Origin: Octopus sinensis
Taxonomy: Eukaryota
Length of the DNA stretch: 64,000 nt
Direction: 5' to 3'
NCBI RefSeq assembly: GCF_006345805.1
Contig: NC_043015.1
Coordinates: 31,496,001 to 31,560,000, forward strand
Below, in pieces: positions 63,243 to 64,000 of the stretch. A program made the translations under genes and the position numbers. The notes beneath the pieces were generated by a model. The model saw nothing but the letters and a program-made list of their open reading frames with translations, did no database searches and had not been told where the DNA came from. The number at the start of each line of letters is the position of its first letter. The stretch's first letter is position 1.

Positions 63243-63549
63243 TGTATATGTGCAGATCTGTATGTTTTGTTTTATGTATGTATTCTCATGTATTCTCATG
63301 TATATAGTTGCATATCTAGACATTCTCACATATATTTCAATACATACATTCATACTATGTATGTATGTATGTATGTATGTATGTATGTATGTATGTATGT
63401 ATGTATGTATGTATGTGTGTGTGTGTATGTGTATATGTATGTATGTATCTATCTCTCTGTCTGTCTGTCTACCTGTCCGTCCGTCAGTCTGTCCATCTAT
63501 CCATCCCTCTATCTATCTATCTATCTATCTATCAGAAGAAGAAGAAGAA

Positions 63550-64000
63550 GAAGAAGAATGTCTGTCAGTGTGCATGTTCTCTTTTGCCAGTCTTTGGTTG
63601 TTATGTCTTGGTGCTTTGTCTTGGTCTCTTTGTCAGCCTCAATGGACACATCCCAAATGATTACGGCCAGGTCTTTGACACATGCTTATACCACTTCTTT
63701 GTTTTCACATTAAAGGCGTGGCACATTGCTCAGTAGCTACAGCCGTTTCAATCATGTCTTTTTATATATTCACAATCGGCAGCCAGCAATGATGTGGTCA
63801 ACTGTCTCATTTTGTTGGTTGAACATTCTGCATTTGGCTTAGGGATCCATTTTCATTGCTTTGTTCTTATAACTGTTTGTGGTTAGACATTTGTTTTTGG
63901 CAGCTAGAACCAGTCGTTCCAATTCTACTTTAAGCCTGGATCATTTGAGTAAGCGTTGACTGAGTTTGGCATATTTCTCTATTGAGTCTTGCAGAACATT
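63550..64000 (-). mobile_element. R4/Dong-like non-LTR retrotransposon remnant (runs off window end)
   Basis: Peptides KVELERLVLAAKNKCLTT, KCRMFNQQNETVDHIIAGC and IIWDVSIEAD. Confidence 0.8.

Overview
Eukaryotic, very AT-rich, microsatellite-dense genomic DNA. The SINE/LINE repertoire and repeat landscape point to an octopus (cephalopod) genome; this is an inference. Two host genes were reconstructed by hand from splice sites and reading phase. (1) A + strand gene with 14 phase-compatible coding exons (21404-52001, about 824 codons) encodes a gp130/Domeless-type tall cytokine receptor ectodomain (Ig + cytokine-binding module + 5 further FN3). Its last identifiable exon reads into a stop, and no signal-peptide, transmembrane or cytoplasmic exon was found. 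(2) A convergent - strand two-exon RDH11-14-type short-chain dehydrogenase (61213-57596, 339 aa). The rest is mobile-element debris: a hAT transposase pseudogene split by a precise Helitron insertion, a decayed full-length mariner, a Tc1 remnant, RTE, CR1-like, Tx1-like and R4-like LINE fragments, tRNA-derived SINEs, MITEs, minisatellites and at least seven fold-back elements. Several fold-backs and Penelope-like remnants carry type I hammerhead ribozyme cores with short palindromic stem III; two of these have about 60-nt extended stem II. No CRISPR, rRNA or bona fide tRNA gene was seen. Most ORFs in the supplied track are microsatellite artefacts.
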